64,000 nucleotides of DNA from Pelagomonas calceolata. Its lineage: Eukaryota. Made by a program: the position numbers and the translations under genes. Shown here piece after piece: positions 1 through 10,691 of this stretch. The notes under the pieces were generated by a model. The model was not told the DNA's origin and did no database searches. It was given only the letters and a program-made list of their open reading frames with translations. The stretch is taken from positions 4,712,001 through 4,776,000 of the forward strand of contig CAKKNE010000001.1 in NCBI GenBank assembly GCA_918797485.1, given 5' to 3'. Each line of letters opens with the position of its first letter. Within the stretch, counting starts at the first letter, position 1.

Positions 1-1
1 G

Positions 2-454
2 TTGAGGAGCGACCTCGCCACGCAGCCCCTGGCGATGAATAACCACTACCGGGGCATCGAACCGGCGCGCTTCGCGGCTGATCGTCGGTTAGCTTCGTTT
101 GACGTTGTGTCGACGAACAAAGACCGGCAAGGGAGACCCTTCGTCTCGACCATTGAAAGCTCCCAAAATTTGTACGCCGTGCAGTGGCACCCCGAGAAAA
201 ACGCCTTCGAGAACGCCCTGGCCGGGGACGGGACGCCGTTCGAAGGTATTAATCATGCGCCGGAAGCTGTCGCGGCGACGTTCGCTTTGGCGCAGTCCTT
301 CGTGGGCCGGGCGCGCGCGTCGCGCCATCATTTTGTGGCGCGGGACGCGTGGCGCTTCGAGAATTGTGTTGTTGGTGAGAAGCACCGGCCGGACTTCGTC
401 GGGGCCTACGACCTGCCGCTCGCTTGGGATGGGGGGGCGGCGCCTTGTGTATAG
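2..454 (+). CDS. GGH: gamma-glutamyl hydrolase (peptidase C26), C-terminal part, 5' end outside the window
   Basis: FDVVSTNKDRQGRPFVSTIE and YAVQWHPEKNAFE motifs; frame open from the window start. Confidence 0.85.
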   Translation: MRSDLATQPLAMNNHYRGIEPARFAADRRLASFDVVSTNKDRQGRPFVSTIESSQNLYAVQWHPEKNAFENALAGDGTPFEGINHAPEAVAATFALAQSFVGRARASRHHFVARDAWRFENCVVGEKHRPDFVGAYDLPLAWDGGAAPCV

Positions 455-461
455 ATGTGTC

Positions 462-1235
462 TTACTTAGTCGCTCGCCAATAGGAGAGGATCTTCCAGAC
501 GATGCCGTTGTCCCCCTGGCGGACGATGAAGTAGAGGGCTTGGCTCGACGCGGAAGCTTGGCTCCGGCGTCGTGCGCAAGGAAGCTTGGCGCGACCGCGC
601 GTGACGAGGGAGCGGAGCCTCAACACCATTCGGTGCGGCGCGATGCAATGCGCCTTCCACGAGCCGTGCCTGCGCACGCTCGCGACCATGTCACTCATCG
701 CAACAAAGTGCTCGTTCCTAGAGCCATACCCGTGTGTCTGTAGTAAAGCATCAAACGAATCATTGTTCCGGACAGAATCCAACGTTGCGCCCGCTCTAAG
801 TAGTATCTCCAAGATCTTGACGTGGCACGGTTGAGCAGGAAATGCCCAAAACATCCTAGCGAGCGCTCTATGGCCATCATGATCTCCGGCATTTACGTTC
901 GCGCCTGCAGAGACGAGCAGAGAAACAAATTCTGGGGCGAGCGCTCCTCGAGAGCCACAAGCAAAATGCAGTGCGGTGGCTCCCGACCACCTACTCACCA
1001 CGTCGAGGGCGGCTCCTCGGGAAAGTAGGTAGCGGGCAATCTCGAGATGACCCTCAGTGAAGAGGTGGCCACCATCTGTGCCAGTTCTCGCGATCCACAA
1101 GAGAAGCGGCCAGCCGTCGTCGTCGACGTCGTTTACGGAGCGCGGAGCCGACTCGCTTCCACCGGTTAGCCAAGTCTTGACCCGTTCGAAATCTCCTTCG
1201 GAGGCGGCCCGTCCAATTGCCTGAGGTAGCGCCAT
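462..1235 (-). CDS. ankyrin repeat protein
   Basis: GHLEIARYLLSRGA, GATALHFAC, LVSAGANVNA ankyrin repeats. Confidence 0.85.
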   Translation of the reverse strand: MALPQAIGRAASEGDFERVKTWLTGGSESAPRSVNDVDDDGWPLLLWIARTGTDGGHLFTEGHLEIARYLLSRGAALDVVSRWSGATALHFACGSRGALAPEFVSLLVSAGANVNAGDHDGHRALARMFWAFPAQPCHVKILEILLRAGATLDSVRNNDSFDALLQTHGYGSRNEHFVAMSDMVASVRRHGSWKAHCIAPHRMVLRLRSLVTRGRAKLPCARRRSQASASSQALYFIVRQGDNGIVWKILSYWRATK

Positions 1236-1583
1236 GCTGGCTGCCAGTGGCTCTGTGTAGCAGACGACGCCGCGGAGCGCAGTCTAGGCCGCGCGCGCGC
1301 CGCGACCCAAAACAGGTTTCCTCGGCGTTTTTGGTGCTGTATGTTTACGGCCTCAGCCGCGTGCTACGCCGCGTCAAACAACGTCAAACGACGCTCTACC
1401 GAAGCGCGCCCCGACGCCGCGACAATAAATACGTCAAGGTGGACTATCCACCACTGGACCACTGGACCACCAGTGCGAGAAACCCTGATAGAATAGCTGT
1501 TAAGCGGCCACCGGACGCCGGACGGGTTCGCATACACGCACGCTAGATCAGTCAATTTCAATTGCTCCTGATCGCGCGAAACC

Positions 1584-2421
1584 ATGGCCGCCTCGCGAGT
1601 GGAATCCCTGGCCATGAAAACATTCTCGGAGACGGGTTCGCCGCAAACGCAAACGGGCTCGCCGCCGACGCGGCAACGGCGGGCCTCGGCGCCCGCGCCG
1701 CCGCCGCCTCCGGCGCCGCCGCCGCCGCGCCGCGAGTCGGACCTGCCTCCGCCGCCGCCGCCGAGCGACTGCGGGCTCTTGTCCCCCGCGGCCAGCGACG
1801 AGCCCTACCCCCCCATGTCATGGGAGGAGGCGCACGCCCTCATCTCGGAGCCGCCATTGTCGCCCCCGGGCTCGCGGCCCTCCTCCTACGAGGAACCGAG
1901 TTTCCTCGGCCGCGTTTTCGCGTCCTGTTGCGCCGTGGACCCCGACCGGAGGGCGCGCAAGGCCGAGCGGTCCGACGAGCTCCAGCTGGAACGGGCGCGT
2001 TTCCCGCGTCCACGCCATCGACGCGGCGTCGAGGAGTCGACGATTACCGGTCGATCTCGCACAGGGGTCCGATACCGCCGACATCTTCGCCATTCGAGCG
2101 TCATTGCCTCAGGGCGACCTCTTCTCGCGGTCCTTCTCGAGCGAAGAGACGATCTCGTTTTCCGCCCGGGACGTCGACGAGCCGCGGGACTCGCTCCTGG
2201 CGCCGCGCGGCTCGCGGGACTCGCTCCGGAGCCTGCTCCGGGATCGGCCGGGCAGCCGGGGCTCGCTCGGCGACTCTTTTCGCGGCTCGCTCGGCGACAC
2301 GGTCTACGTCCCCTCGCGGCGAAGCGATAGCACGACGAGCCCGCCGCCGCACCCCTCCAAAGCGAAGCCTTGGAAGCCCCGGTCCAAGCCTCCCCCACGC
2401 ACTAACTTCGATGACTTCTGA
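1584..2421 (+). CDS. Pro/Ser-rich hypothetical protein, 2 exons (1584-1994, 2065-2421)
   Basis: Removing GC-AG intron 1995-2064 joins ORF 1584 to the frame of ORF 2104 (...LER|GSDTADIF...). Confidence 0.55.
1995..2064 (+). other. GC-AG intron (70 nt) with CCACGCCATCGACGCG core
   Basis: Donor gcgcgt, acceptor ctcgcacag, restores frame; alternative in-frame acceptor at 2112. Confidence 0.6.
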
Positions 2422-2733
2422 TTACGAGGGCGCTTCCGGCGCAAACGCTCGGTAGTCCTGGCCGTCGCTCCCGCGGTGCATCTCCGTCTCCCAGCCCGCA
2501 ACAGCAGCCCACTCGCGCACCGTCTCGTTGATGGCGTCGCGGTCGCGTTTGTACAACGCGGCGCACACCTCGGCGGCGTCGTCGCCGGCCTGCCCGAGAG
2601 CTGCAGCTTTCGCGCGGTAGAGGTCCTGGAAACTATAGTTGCACGCGTTGGACAGGCGCTCCCGCTTGCAGCCGCACTGCTCGAGGAGTGCGGGGTCGAC
2701 TGTCGTCGTTGTTTTTTGGGTGTTGCTGGACAT
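2422..2733 (-). CDS. small hypothetical protein
   Basis: ATG 2733; globular-looking sequence with CGC...CNYSF motif; abuts the convergent gene. Confidence 0.6.
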   Translation of the reverse strand: MSSNTQKTTTTVDPALLEQCGCKRERLSNACNYSFQDLYRAKAAALGQAGDDAAEVCAALYKRDRDAINETVREWAAVAGWETEMHRGSDGQDYRAFAPEAPS

Positions 2734-3303
2734 GCTGCGCAGTCGGTGCTCTCCCCTTTGCCGCACCGATGCGCTTCGCACGGTTGCACAGCGATTGCAC
2801 GCTAAGAGGCGGTTCTCCGCGTGTGCCAAATTTGATCTATAGGCACAGCTGCGGCTCGTGCTCCGCTGTCACTCTGGCTGTGCTCCGCTGTGTGGTCTCT
2901 GTGCTCATCAATCGCTTACAGATGATGCCGCAGCGGTTGCGCACCAACAATATGGGTCCGCGGTGAGCTTCTGCCAGATTATAGAGACCCACAGCGACGC
3001 CTGTGCCGCTCCGCTTGCAAAAGCTCTCACAGTCCAAACCCGCCACTTAGGCTGCCTGCAAATCACAGGGAGTCGGAGGGCGTCAGAGCGACGACGCGAC
3101 GTGTGCCTTTCGAAGCTTGGACCATCCCGGAGACTGCAATGTATCTCCCAAAAAGTACAAAAAACATGGGAGACAAAAAATCGGCACACGCTCGCATCGC
3201 TCACTTAGAGACAAGCAGCGTAGCACTGTACTGCTGCAATAATCGCTGCGGAACAGCTGTCCAAAAATCACCAGTCAACTACACGCGCAACAAGTGAAAC
3301 ACT

Positions 3304-4611
3304 ATGTCAGCCGAGGCCACCACCGCCGACCCGGCAGAGCTCTACCAGCTCGAGGAGCAGGTGGGCCGAGGCTCCTTCGGCGTCGTACACAGAGCAAGAG
3401 TAAAAGGCACGAAGGACCAAGTAGCGATAAAAATAGTGGACCTCGAGGCGGACGTCAGCGAACTAGAGGCGGTCAAGAGTGAAGTGGAGACGATGGCGTC
3501 GGCGACGGCTTGTCCACAATTAGTAAGGTATCTCGGCTGCCACATGGTGTCGAATCGGCTCTGGATCGTCACGGAGTACCTTGGGGGTGGTTCGCTCGGT
3601 GATCTGATGACCAAGACGAAGAGACCTTTGCCAGAAGAAGCGGTGCGAGGCGTGCTAGGCGAGATCCTGCGAGGTTTAGCATTCCTCCACGCGCAAAGAC
3701 GCTTACATAGGGACGTCAAGGGCAAGAACGTGTTGGTCGCGGAGGACGGGTCGGTCAAGCTTGCCGACTTTGGCGTCGCGACGCGACTGACGGACACGAC
3801 GACGAAACGTCGAAGCTTGATAGGCACGCCCTACTGGATGGCTCCGGAAGTCATCGAGCAGTCGCGGTACGACGGGGCCGCGGATGTTTGGAGTGTTGGT
3901 ATTACAGCTATAGAACTGGCCACAACAAAACCTCCTCACTCAGCTTTACATCCGATGAAGGTCTTGTTTGTCGTGCCGAAGGCGGCGCCACCCACGCTGG
4001 AAGGCGAATTTAGTGATCAATTCAAGGCGTTTGTGGCGCGATGCGTCGCCAAGGACGCGTCGGATCGGCCTCCTGCGGATGAGCTACTCAGGGACCCTTG
4101 GATTGTTGATGGTGATTTCGCGGGGTCGTCCAAACCATTACTGGCCTCGCTAGTAGCCGAGGCGGCCGCATCCGCGCCGCCGCCGCCGCCGCCCTCGTCG
4201 AGGTCGCCGACGCCCTCGCCACTCATAACGCCGGCGGCGTCGCCCCACACGCCGCGCACGCCGGCGTCACTCTCGCAGTACGCGCGCTCGCCCGCGTCGC
4301 TCCCGTCCGTGTCGGCGTCGCCGCGGCGGCCGGGCCGCTCGCGGGCCTTCCGCCAGGTCGTCGCGCCGGCGATCGCCGCGGCCGCGCGCCACGCCATCCG
4401 CGGCGGCGACCGGCGGCGGCCCGCGGCGGCGGCGCTCGACGACCTCTGCAAGGCGCTCGAGCGCGTCGACGGCGCGCTCGAGGGCGGCCGCCTCACGGCG
4501 GCCTTCGCCGTCGCGCTCGCGGACGCGCTCGAGCGCCACCGCGGGTCGCTGGACCTGGAGGGGCTGACGGCGACGAACGCAACGTCGCCGCCGCCGCCGC
4601 CGAGGCCGTAA
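3304..4611 (+). CDS. STE20/GCK-III (MST3/STK24-like) Ser/Thr kinase
   Basis: GRGSFG, VAIK, HRDVKGKN, DFG, GTPYWMAPEVI, LHPMKVLF. Confidence 0.92.
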   Translation: MSAEATTADPAELYQLEEQVGRGSFGVVHRARVKGTKDQVAIKIVDLEADVSELEAVKSEVETMASATACPQLVRYLGCHMVSNRLWIVTEYLGGGSLGDLMTKTKRPLPEEAVRGVLGEILRGLAFLHAQRRLHRDVKGKNVLVAEDGSVKLADFGVATRLTDTTTKRRSLIGTPYWMAPEVIEQSRYDGAADVWSVGITAIELATTKPPHSALHPMKVLFVVPKAAPPTLEGEFSDQFKAFVARCVAKDASDRPPADELLRDPWIVDGDFAGSSKPLLASLVAEAAASAPPPPPPSSRSPTPSPLITPAASPHTPRTPASLSQYARSPASLPSVSASPRRPGRSRAFRQVVAPAIAAAARHAIRGGDRRRPAAAALDDLCKALERVDGALEGGRLTAAFAVALADALERHRGSLDLEGLTATNATSPPPPPRP

Positions 4612-4982
4612 TCCTATTTGTTGTATCACCAAGTTTTTGGAGCGCTTTTTTTCTGATTGTAGGGTCGCTTACGCCGCATGCGCTCGCGCTGGGGGCCCTC
4701 CAGAAGGCTCTTGTATCCCGCATAAAACCCGTTTTGCCTAAACAATTAAATTCTCCAAGCGACGGCACACGCGTGGCTCTCCTAGCGCTTAAGGGTATAA
4801 TCCCAGCGCAAGCAGCGTTCAGACGTTTCCGGCACGCAGCGGCCAGCTCGCCTGACGCGGCAAGGCGACCACCGGCGCGCCCCGCCCTCCTGTGCACAAG
4901 GTCACCCAGCCCCCAGAGACGCCAGCCGGCGCTAACAAGGGGCACCAGCAGGGCGACCAAGGACGCCAGCAGCACCAAAAAG

Positions 4983-7667
4983 ATGCGCACGAAGCAACCC
5001 CCCCAGGAAAATGAACTCAAGGAGGCCTGTCAAAGCGTAAAAAACGACCACCCCGACTTTGGCGTGAAGCGCGTCTTCAAAGAACTCGAGCAGCGCAAGC
5101 CGAGGTGGAGATTAACGGAGAAGCGCGTCCAGAAGTGCATGAAGAAGTATGGACTCACGTGTAGTACTAAGCCGCCCCCGTCACCATTACGAGATGACGA
5201 CGAAGTAGCACCAACGGTCTTTCCGGAAGACTGCGTCTGTCTGCGAAGCAAGCCGGCGCAATTGGGCTGGGTCCTCAAGGCCTCGGGCGTGTTGGGAGGC
5301 GACGACGACTATGATGACGACGACGAGGAGGAGGAGGAGTCGAGGGCCGTGCCCGAAGGGTCAGCAAGGGTCCAATGGCTCGACCACTATGAGCCAAGGT
5401 TAGAGTCGACGGATGCTGTAGAGGTTGTGGACCGGCCCTTTGTCGTTGGAGATGTTGTGGCAAGAGCCGACGACCCGACGGGCGCCTTAGGTGCTGTTGT
5501 GAAAGTTTCATTAAGGGCCGACGTCCGCGTCGTCTACTCGCCGACGTCAGTCACAGTACCGCCGCCGCCACCACCACGGAATCAGCGGAGACGCGGGCGA
5601 AGTGCGGGGAGACGGGAGCCCTCGCCGAAGCCGCCGCCATTGCCACAGAAGATCGAGGGCACGTTGCGGAACATCCCGGCCGCATCGTTGAAACCGGCTA
5701 CTGGTTTACGGATGGGCGACCCCGTGGCGCATCGGACGCGAGGGCGGTGGGTCGGTAGGGTTGTCGGGGCTACGTATGACGTGACCGTGAGATGTAATGG
5801 CGGCGCGTTATGCGTCGTGCAAGGTCTAGGCGACAACGGCGCCGAGCAATTGGTAGAACCAGTCGACGATGCGGACTACGGCTTTGATGAATTGTGCCCC
5901 TTCTTCCCGGGGCAGCGCGTGTCGGCGCCGCCCTCGGTGTGGCGTAGAGCGTCGTGGAAGAACGGCGCGCGGGCGCCGCAAGGCCGAAGACGTAGAAGTG
6001 GTGTGGTAGAAAAGGTCGAAGTCTCGCAAGCGGGCGTGCAGTGGTTGGCCTGGGGCGTCGGCGCGTCGCGCGACCCGCCGCCGGCTTGGGCTAGTGTCAA
6101 GGAGATCGACATCCTCACGGCGTTCGCGGGCCTGACGCGCGTCGGGGACCACGTCTGCGGTTCCGACTTACCTGATGGTTCATGTGCGCAAGTCATCCGG
6201 ACGGAGACGAGATGTTCGGTGCGGTGGTCGTCCTCAGAAGATTCGCCGGAAGTAGCTTCTCTGGAATTGGTACCGAGGCAACACCTGGGCGAGCACGACT
6301 TCCTGCCGAACGACTTTGTGGTCAAACGTTTAGAAGAATCTTCAGATGTGGGCGTGATCCGAGTCGTCGACGCGAAGGAGCGGACGTGCTCCGTGAAGTT
6401 CGGTGACACGGAAGAGACGATGTCGTCCTACGAGCTCGCTCTTAGTTCAGCGGACAATTATTCGGCGGGCGACCTCGTATTAAGGGTGAACCAGAGTTCT
6501 TCCACAGAAGGTCCGAACCGCCAGACGGCAGGTACCGTGTCTGATCAGACGGACTTTGGCACGGAAGACAATGAAGAGGCCGAGTTAGCCGAAGCGATCC
6601 GACGGTCCCTGGAGGAGACACCATCTACCGAAACGTCGACAGGAGAAGAGCGCTGGGTCGGCCAGGTCCTGAGCTTGAGTGACGGGAAGGTACGGGTGCT
6701 GTGGGTCGACGGGTCGAAAGAAGAAGTAGCCCCGTCTGAATTGTTGTTAGTACCAGACGCGTCGGGCGAGGAGCCGTACAATAGTGAGGAGGAGGCGTCG
6801 GACGGCGAAAGCCTCCCGACGCAGCCGCCCGTGGAGGCGCCTGTTGCTCAAAGCCCCGTCGTCGAGAGTGACGACGACGACAGTGACGACGAGGACACGA
6901 GCCCCTTCGCGATTGTCGAGGAGCCGCCTCAAGACCACGCGTACGGCCACACGGCGCCTCATCAAGTACCTCTGAAACAAGTGAGGAAGCTCTGGGCGCA
7001 ATTAGGTAAACATTTGCCGCCCGGCGTCCATGTGCGAGCCTTCGAGAAGCGGACTGATCTATTAAGGGCCGTGATTGTGGGCCCGACGGGCACGCCCTAC
7101 GACGGGTTTCTCTTCTGGTTCGACCTGCAGCTGCCGGAGACGTACCCGTCCGAGCCGCCGTCCATGCACTACCACGCCTGGGGTCTTAGTGAAAGATTGA
7201 ACCCCAACCTCTACGAGAACGGGAAAGTGTGTTTGAGTTTGCTGGGGACGTGGAGCGGCCCGGGCTGGGACCCCGAGTCGTCGACACTGTTACAATTACT
7301 GGTATCGGTGCAAGGCTTAGTATTAGTGGACAAGCCCTACTACAACGAGCCCGGCCACGAGAGGCACGCTGACACCGTCGAGGGCGAGCAGCAAGCTAGA
7401 CTGTACAACGAGAACGCCAGGTTGTTATCCTTACAAGCGACGACGGCGGCGTGCCGCCGGCCGCCGCGGCCCTTCCGGGGCGTCGTCGCGGCGCACTTCG
7501 CGAGGGTCGGGCCCGCGCTGCTCGAGAGTTTGGAGGCGGCGGGCGGCGGCGACTCGCACTCGGACGGCTACCGGCGCGTGCTGCGGCGGCTCGCGCCGCG
7601 GTTTGCGGAGGCCGTGAATTCCTTGAAGAGGCCTGATGGTGAATTGGACGAGGTTGAGGACGCGTAA
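4983..7667 (+). CDS. UBE2O/UBC23-like large E2 ubiquitin-conjugating enzyme with UIM
   Basis: C-terminal UBC domain (GPTGTPYDG, RLNPNLYENGKVCLSLLGTWSG, KPYYNEPG); UIM-like EEAELAEAIRRSLEE; first ATG 4983. Confidence 0.9.
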   Translation: MRTKQPPQENELKEACQSVKNDHPDFGVKRVFKELEQRKPRWRLTEKRVQKCMKKYGLTCSTKPPPSPLRDDDEVAPTVFPEDCVCLRSKPAQLGWVLKASGVLGGDDDYDDDDEEEEESRAVPEGSARVQWLDHYEPRLESTDAVEVVDRPFVVGDVVARADDPTGALGAVVKVSLRADVRVVYSPTSVTVPPPPPPRNQRRRGRSAGRREPSPKPPPLPQKIEGTLRNIPAASLKPATGLRMGDPVAHRTRGRWVGRVVGATYDVTVRCNGGALCVVQGLGDNGAEQLVEPVDDADYGFDELCPFFPGQRVSAPPSVWRRASWKNGARAPQGRRRRSGVVEKVEVSQAGVQWLAWGVGASRDPPPAWASVKEIDILTAFAGLTRVGDHVCGSDLPDGSCAQVIRTETRCSVRWSSSEDSPEVASLELVPRQHLGEHDFLPNDFVVKRLEESSDVGVIRVVDAKERTCSVKFGDTEETMSSYELALSSADNYSAGDLVLRVNQSSSTEGPNRQTAGTVSDQTDFGTEDNEEAELAEAIRRSLEETPSTETSTGEERWVGQVLSLSDGKVRVLWVDGSKEEVAPSELLLVPDASGEEPYNSEEEASDGESLPTQPPVEAPVAQSPVVESDDDDSDDEDTSPFAIVEEPPQDHAYGHTAPHQVPLKQVRKLWAQLGKHLPPGVHVRAFEKRTDLLRAVIVGPTGTPYDGFLFWFDLQLPETYPSEPPSMHYHAWGLSERLNPNLYENGKVCLSLLGTWSGPGWDPESSTLLQLLVSVQGLVLVDKPYYNEPGHERHADTVEGEQQARLYNENARLLSLQATTAACRRPPRPFRGVVAAHFARVGPALLESLEAAGGGDSHSDGYRRVLRRLAPRFAEAVNSLKRPDGELDEVEDA

Positions 7668-7771
7668 GGAGACTGTCAAATAACCATTCTTACCCTTGGA
7701 GTGGATCCGCCCCGTACACGACTTTGGCATCTCTCACCTTCCTCAGGTTATTCCGTAACTCGTGGTCGAAC

Positions 7772-8090
7772 TTACGCGGCGCGCGCGGCCAGCGTCTTCC
7801 GCGCGTCTTTCAGCGCATTTTGGACACACGGCGTCTCGTGATGCGCCGGTCCGAATACGCGCTTCCACAACGGTGCGACGGACTCGAGGATCTCCACGCC
7901 CTTGCGGACATCGTCGAGCGTGGCGGCGGCGTCCTCGTAAAGAGATATCGCGTACCCCCACCTCATCCTGAGCGTGGTTTGATTACTCTCTCCAAGGACA
8001 CGTCGCGCCACGGGCATCGTTTTTCGCAGCAGCGACCTGGCTTCTTCAAAGCGCTTTAAACGATTAAGGGACGACGCGTAGTTGCTGGCT
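7772..8090 (-). pseudogene. 5'-truncated TPR/kinesin-light-chain-like repeat protein fragment
   Basis: ASNYASSL...FEEARSLL...ARRVLGESNQTTL and RVFGPAHHET repeats; no ATG start, abuts the PP2C fragment. Confidence 0.6.
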
Positions 8091-8838
8091 GAAGCGAACC
8101 GAGCCCGACCCGCCGGAGATAGCAAAGATGCGCACCGAGGCGTCGGCCGAGGTCGCGGAGCTCTGGAGCTCCGACGTGACGGACGCGTTCCTTATCATCG
8201 CGTGCGACGGCATCTTCGAGGAGATTTCAAACAAACAAGCCGTGGCATTAGCGCGGGCAGCCTTCCAGAAATATGGTGTCGACGACGTCGGCGCCGTCGC
8301 CAAATCCATCATCGAATGGGTCATGCTCAAGGGCGGCACAGATAACATGACTTGCGTCATTCAGGTGCTCGACAAGGACTCCCTAAAAAAGCTCGACTCG
8401 CGCACCGTCGGGAGCTGCGTGGAGATCAGCCAGTGCGTCGGGTGCTGTCGACGGCGCCGTAAAACATTGATTTCCACACAGGTCGGGAGCGAGTGCGAGG
8501 CGTGCGGTCTGGCGTATCCCGCTGTGTTAAATGCTGGAGCGGTCCTGAGGACGACGGCGCGCGACGTCCGCCATTTAGACGAGCCGGGCCTCCAGCGCTA
8601 CCTGAAAGACGTCGGCCTTTATGCTCCGAGAGTGGCGGAACTGGCGATGGACGGCACAGACCTCCTCGCCGCGGATTTGACCTCCGTGGACCTAGATCTA
8701 TCCGATTCGGACGCCGCGTTCTTGCGAGCGTCCCTGGAGTGGTGGGACATCACGTCGTCCTGCGCGGAAAATCCGAAGATGTACGCGGCGATCGGCGGCG
8801 GGGGACGGCGGGCGTCGGTGGAGAAGGGGTACTACTAG
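8089..8838 (+). pseudogene. 5'-truncated PP2C phosphatase (C-terminal part) plus SAM-like domain; intron 8407-8481
   Basis: FLIIACDGIFEEISN and GGTDNMTCVI motifs; N-terminal PP2C motifs absent; in-frame stop upstream at 8065. Confidence 0.65.
8407..8489 (+). mobile_element. introner element: 67-bp MITE (8415-8481) with 8-bp TSD GTCGGGAG; intron 8407-8481
   Basis: TSD 8407-8414 = 8482-8489; TIR ctgcgtggagatca / tgatttccacacag (12/14); VGS duplicated in the unspliced translation. Confidence 0.9.
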
Positions 8839-8885
8839 TCGAGTAATGATAAGCGCTAGCTTCAACACGACAAACCCGTTACACA

Positions 8886-10352
8886 CTACGGGCTGCTCGG
8901 CCAAGCGTGCACGTTCTCGCCGCCGCCGAGCCGCGCGGCCTTCCAGAGCTTCTCGTTGTCCTTCCAATCGCCGACGCCGGGGAGGCCTAGCTTGATCGCT
9001 TCGCCCGCGTCGATGGCGCCGTCCATAGCGTTGCCGCGCCCGTCGACAGGCGTATCATACTGGTTGTACAGAAGCATGGACTGCGCGAACTCGCGCTGGA
9101 GTCGGCGGTTGATAGATCCCATACCGACGTCGGAGATGTCATAACCGTAGGGATTTTGTAACTCAGCACTAATCTCGTCGAGCTTGGCCACAAAGAACGA
9201 GAGCATGGCACCCATAGGTATCGTAGCGAGCTGCAAAGTGGGCATGAGGACGAGCGGCACGCCCGCCGCCCAGAGCACGGACGACGTCTTCATCAGAGCC
9301 GTATAAGAGTACGGCTCGGGGGTGAGCTGAACGCGCTGGCACGCCGCGTGTGCGAGTACCATCTTCTCGACGGACGAGTGCGTAGCGATCAACGCTCGGA
9401 TGTTCGTGATGAGGCCGCGGTCGAAGGCCACGCGAAGCATAGCTGTGAGCTGTTGTAACGCGAAGACCGGCGCGTTTTGCGCGTTAACCAGCATCTCGAC
9501 GCGCCACTTCTGCTCGGCCGCGCCGAGCAAGTACGCGAGCGATGCCTCGCGCTCGGCGAGCTCGTCGTCGGCCTCCTCCGCGGCCGCCGCCTCCGCCTCA
9601 TCATGACGCAAGAGCAGGTGCTCGTACATGGCCCTCGCTTCTTCTCCTGTGATCTTGTGCATCTCGGCCTCGGTCGCGCGACAGGCGGCGTAGGCCCACA
9701 GGCAAACCTCGGTGCACGCGCGCTTGTCGGTGAAGTATAGCTGTGACTGGGCAGACAAGTTGCTACTCTGCGCACACAAGTCTGAAAACGCCAGCACTCC
9801 ATCGTTGTAGTAGCGTACTGCCGAGGTGAGGCGCATCGACAAGAGTAGGAAGAGCGCCGTCGAGTAGACGCCAAACGCAGCGATGAGCGATCCCTGATGA
9901 GTGTCAAGAAATTGCACCGCCATCTCGAGGTTCGGGTGGCTCAGACAATCCAGCACGGCGGGCGGCAAGTCCAGTGCGCCCAGAGAATCGCGCCACTGGA
10001 CGGCACAGTACGGCGTGACGATCGCTGACGTGTAGAGCATGTTGCGGAGACTGGCTCCGACGGCCGTCGGAGATGTGCGGAAGGTTTGGAGAAGTATGGT
10101 TCCCCACTCGTAGCGCCGCTCATGCGTCCTCTGCTTTATTACATCTGCGACAACGAACGGGCGATCCTTGTGCGTGCGATGAATGGCGGAGTAGCGTTCC
10201 TCGTAGGCGTGCCAGTTGTGGTCCGGGAGCGTGTCAGAGAGCGGCTCTGGTAGCGGGTGGTTGATGCGCTCTGCGACGTCCCTGACGGTCGATAGACAAC
10301 GCAACGCGGGCCGCCGCAGGCAGCGCCCTTGCAGCCTGGCGCAGCGAAGCAT
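8886..10352 (-). CDS. bestrophin-family anion channel with possible organellar presequence
   Basis: LLSMRLTSAVRYYNDG, TPEPYSY, LDEISAELQNPYGYDISD; several TM helices; Arg-rich N-terminus. Confidence 0.8.
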   Translation of the reverse strand: MLRCARLQGRCLRRPALRCLSTVRDVAERINHPLPEPLSDTLPDHNWHAYEERYSAIHRTHKDRPFVVADVIKQRTHERRYEWGTILLQTFRTSPTAVGASLRNMLYTSAIVTPYCAVQWRDSLGALDLPPAVLDCLSHPNLEMAVQFLDTHQGSLIAAFGVYSTALFLLLSMRLTSAVRYYNDGVLAFSDLCAQSSNLSAQSQLYFTDKRACTEVCLWAYAACRATEAEMHKITGEEARAMYEHLLLRHDEAEAAAAEEADDELAEREASLAYLLGAAEQKWRVEMLVNAQNAPVFALQQLTAMLRVAFDRGLITNIRALIATHSSVEKMVLAHAACQRVQLTPEPYSYTALMKTSSVLWAAGVPLVLMPTLQLATIPMGAMLSFFVAKLDEISAELQNPYGYDISDVGMGSINRRLQREFAQSMLLYNQYDTPVDGRGNAMDGAIDAGEAIKLGLPGVGDWKDNEKLWKAARLGGGENVHAWPSSP

Positions 10353-10691
10353 GCTCTATTGCAAGCCGATAGATGCAAAATCGCAGCGCGAGAGGCTGCG
10401 AGTTGGCCGTCACAGCTGCGCTAGTTGCAATAGCCACGCGGATACGGACTCTGGCAAAATCGACTTATTAGCGCCACATACATACTAGGGGTCTCGCACT
10501 CGCCTGCACAAGCAGTGTTGCTTGCGACGAGCGACAAACCTAACGCACGCGTTACGAAGCCAGCAGCGCTCACGCCAGGCCAACACCTTGCAGCGACGCC
10601 CGGGTGTTTCCCTAAATAAAGAGAGCACCTCGCTGAGTCAACTAGACGCCAGCGACGCGCCGCCGACGCCGCCGCAAACCAGAAGAGAACC

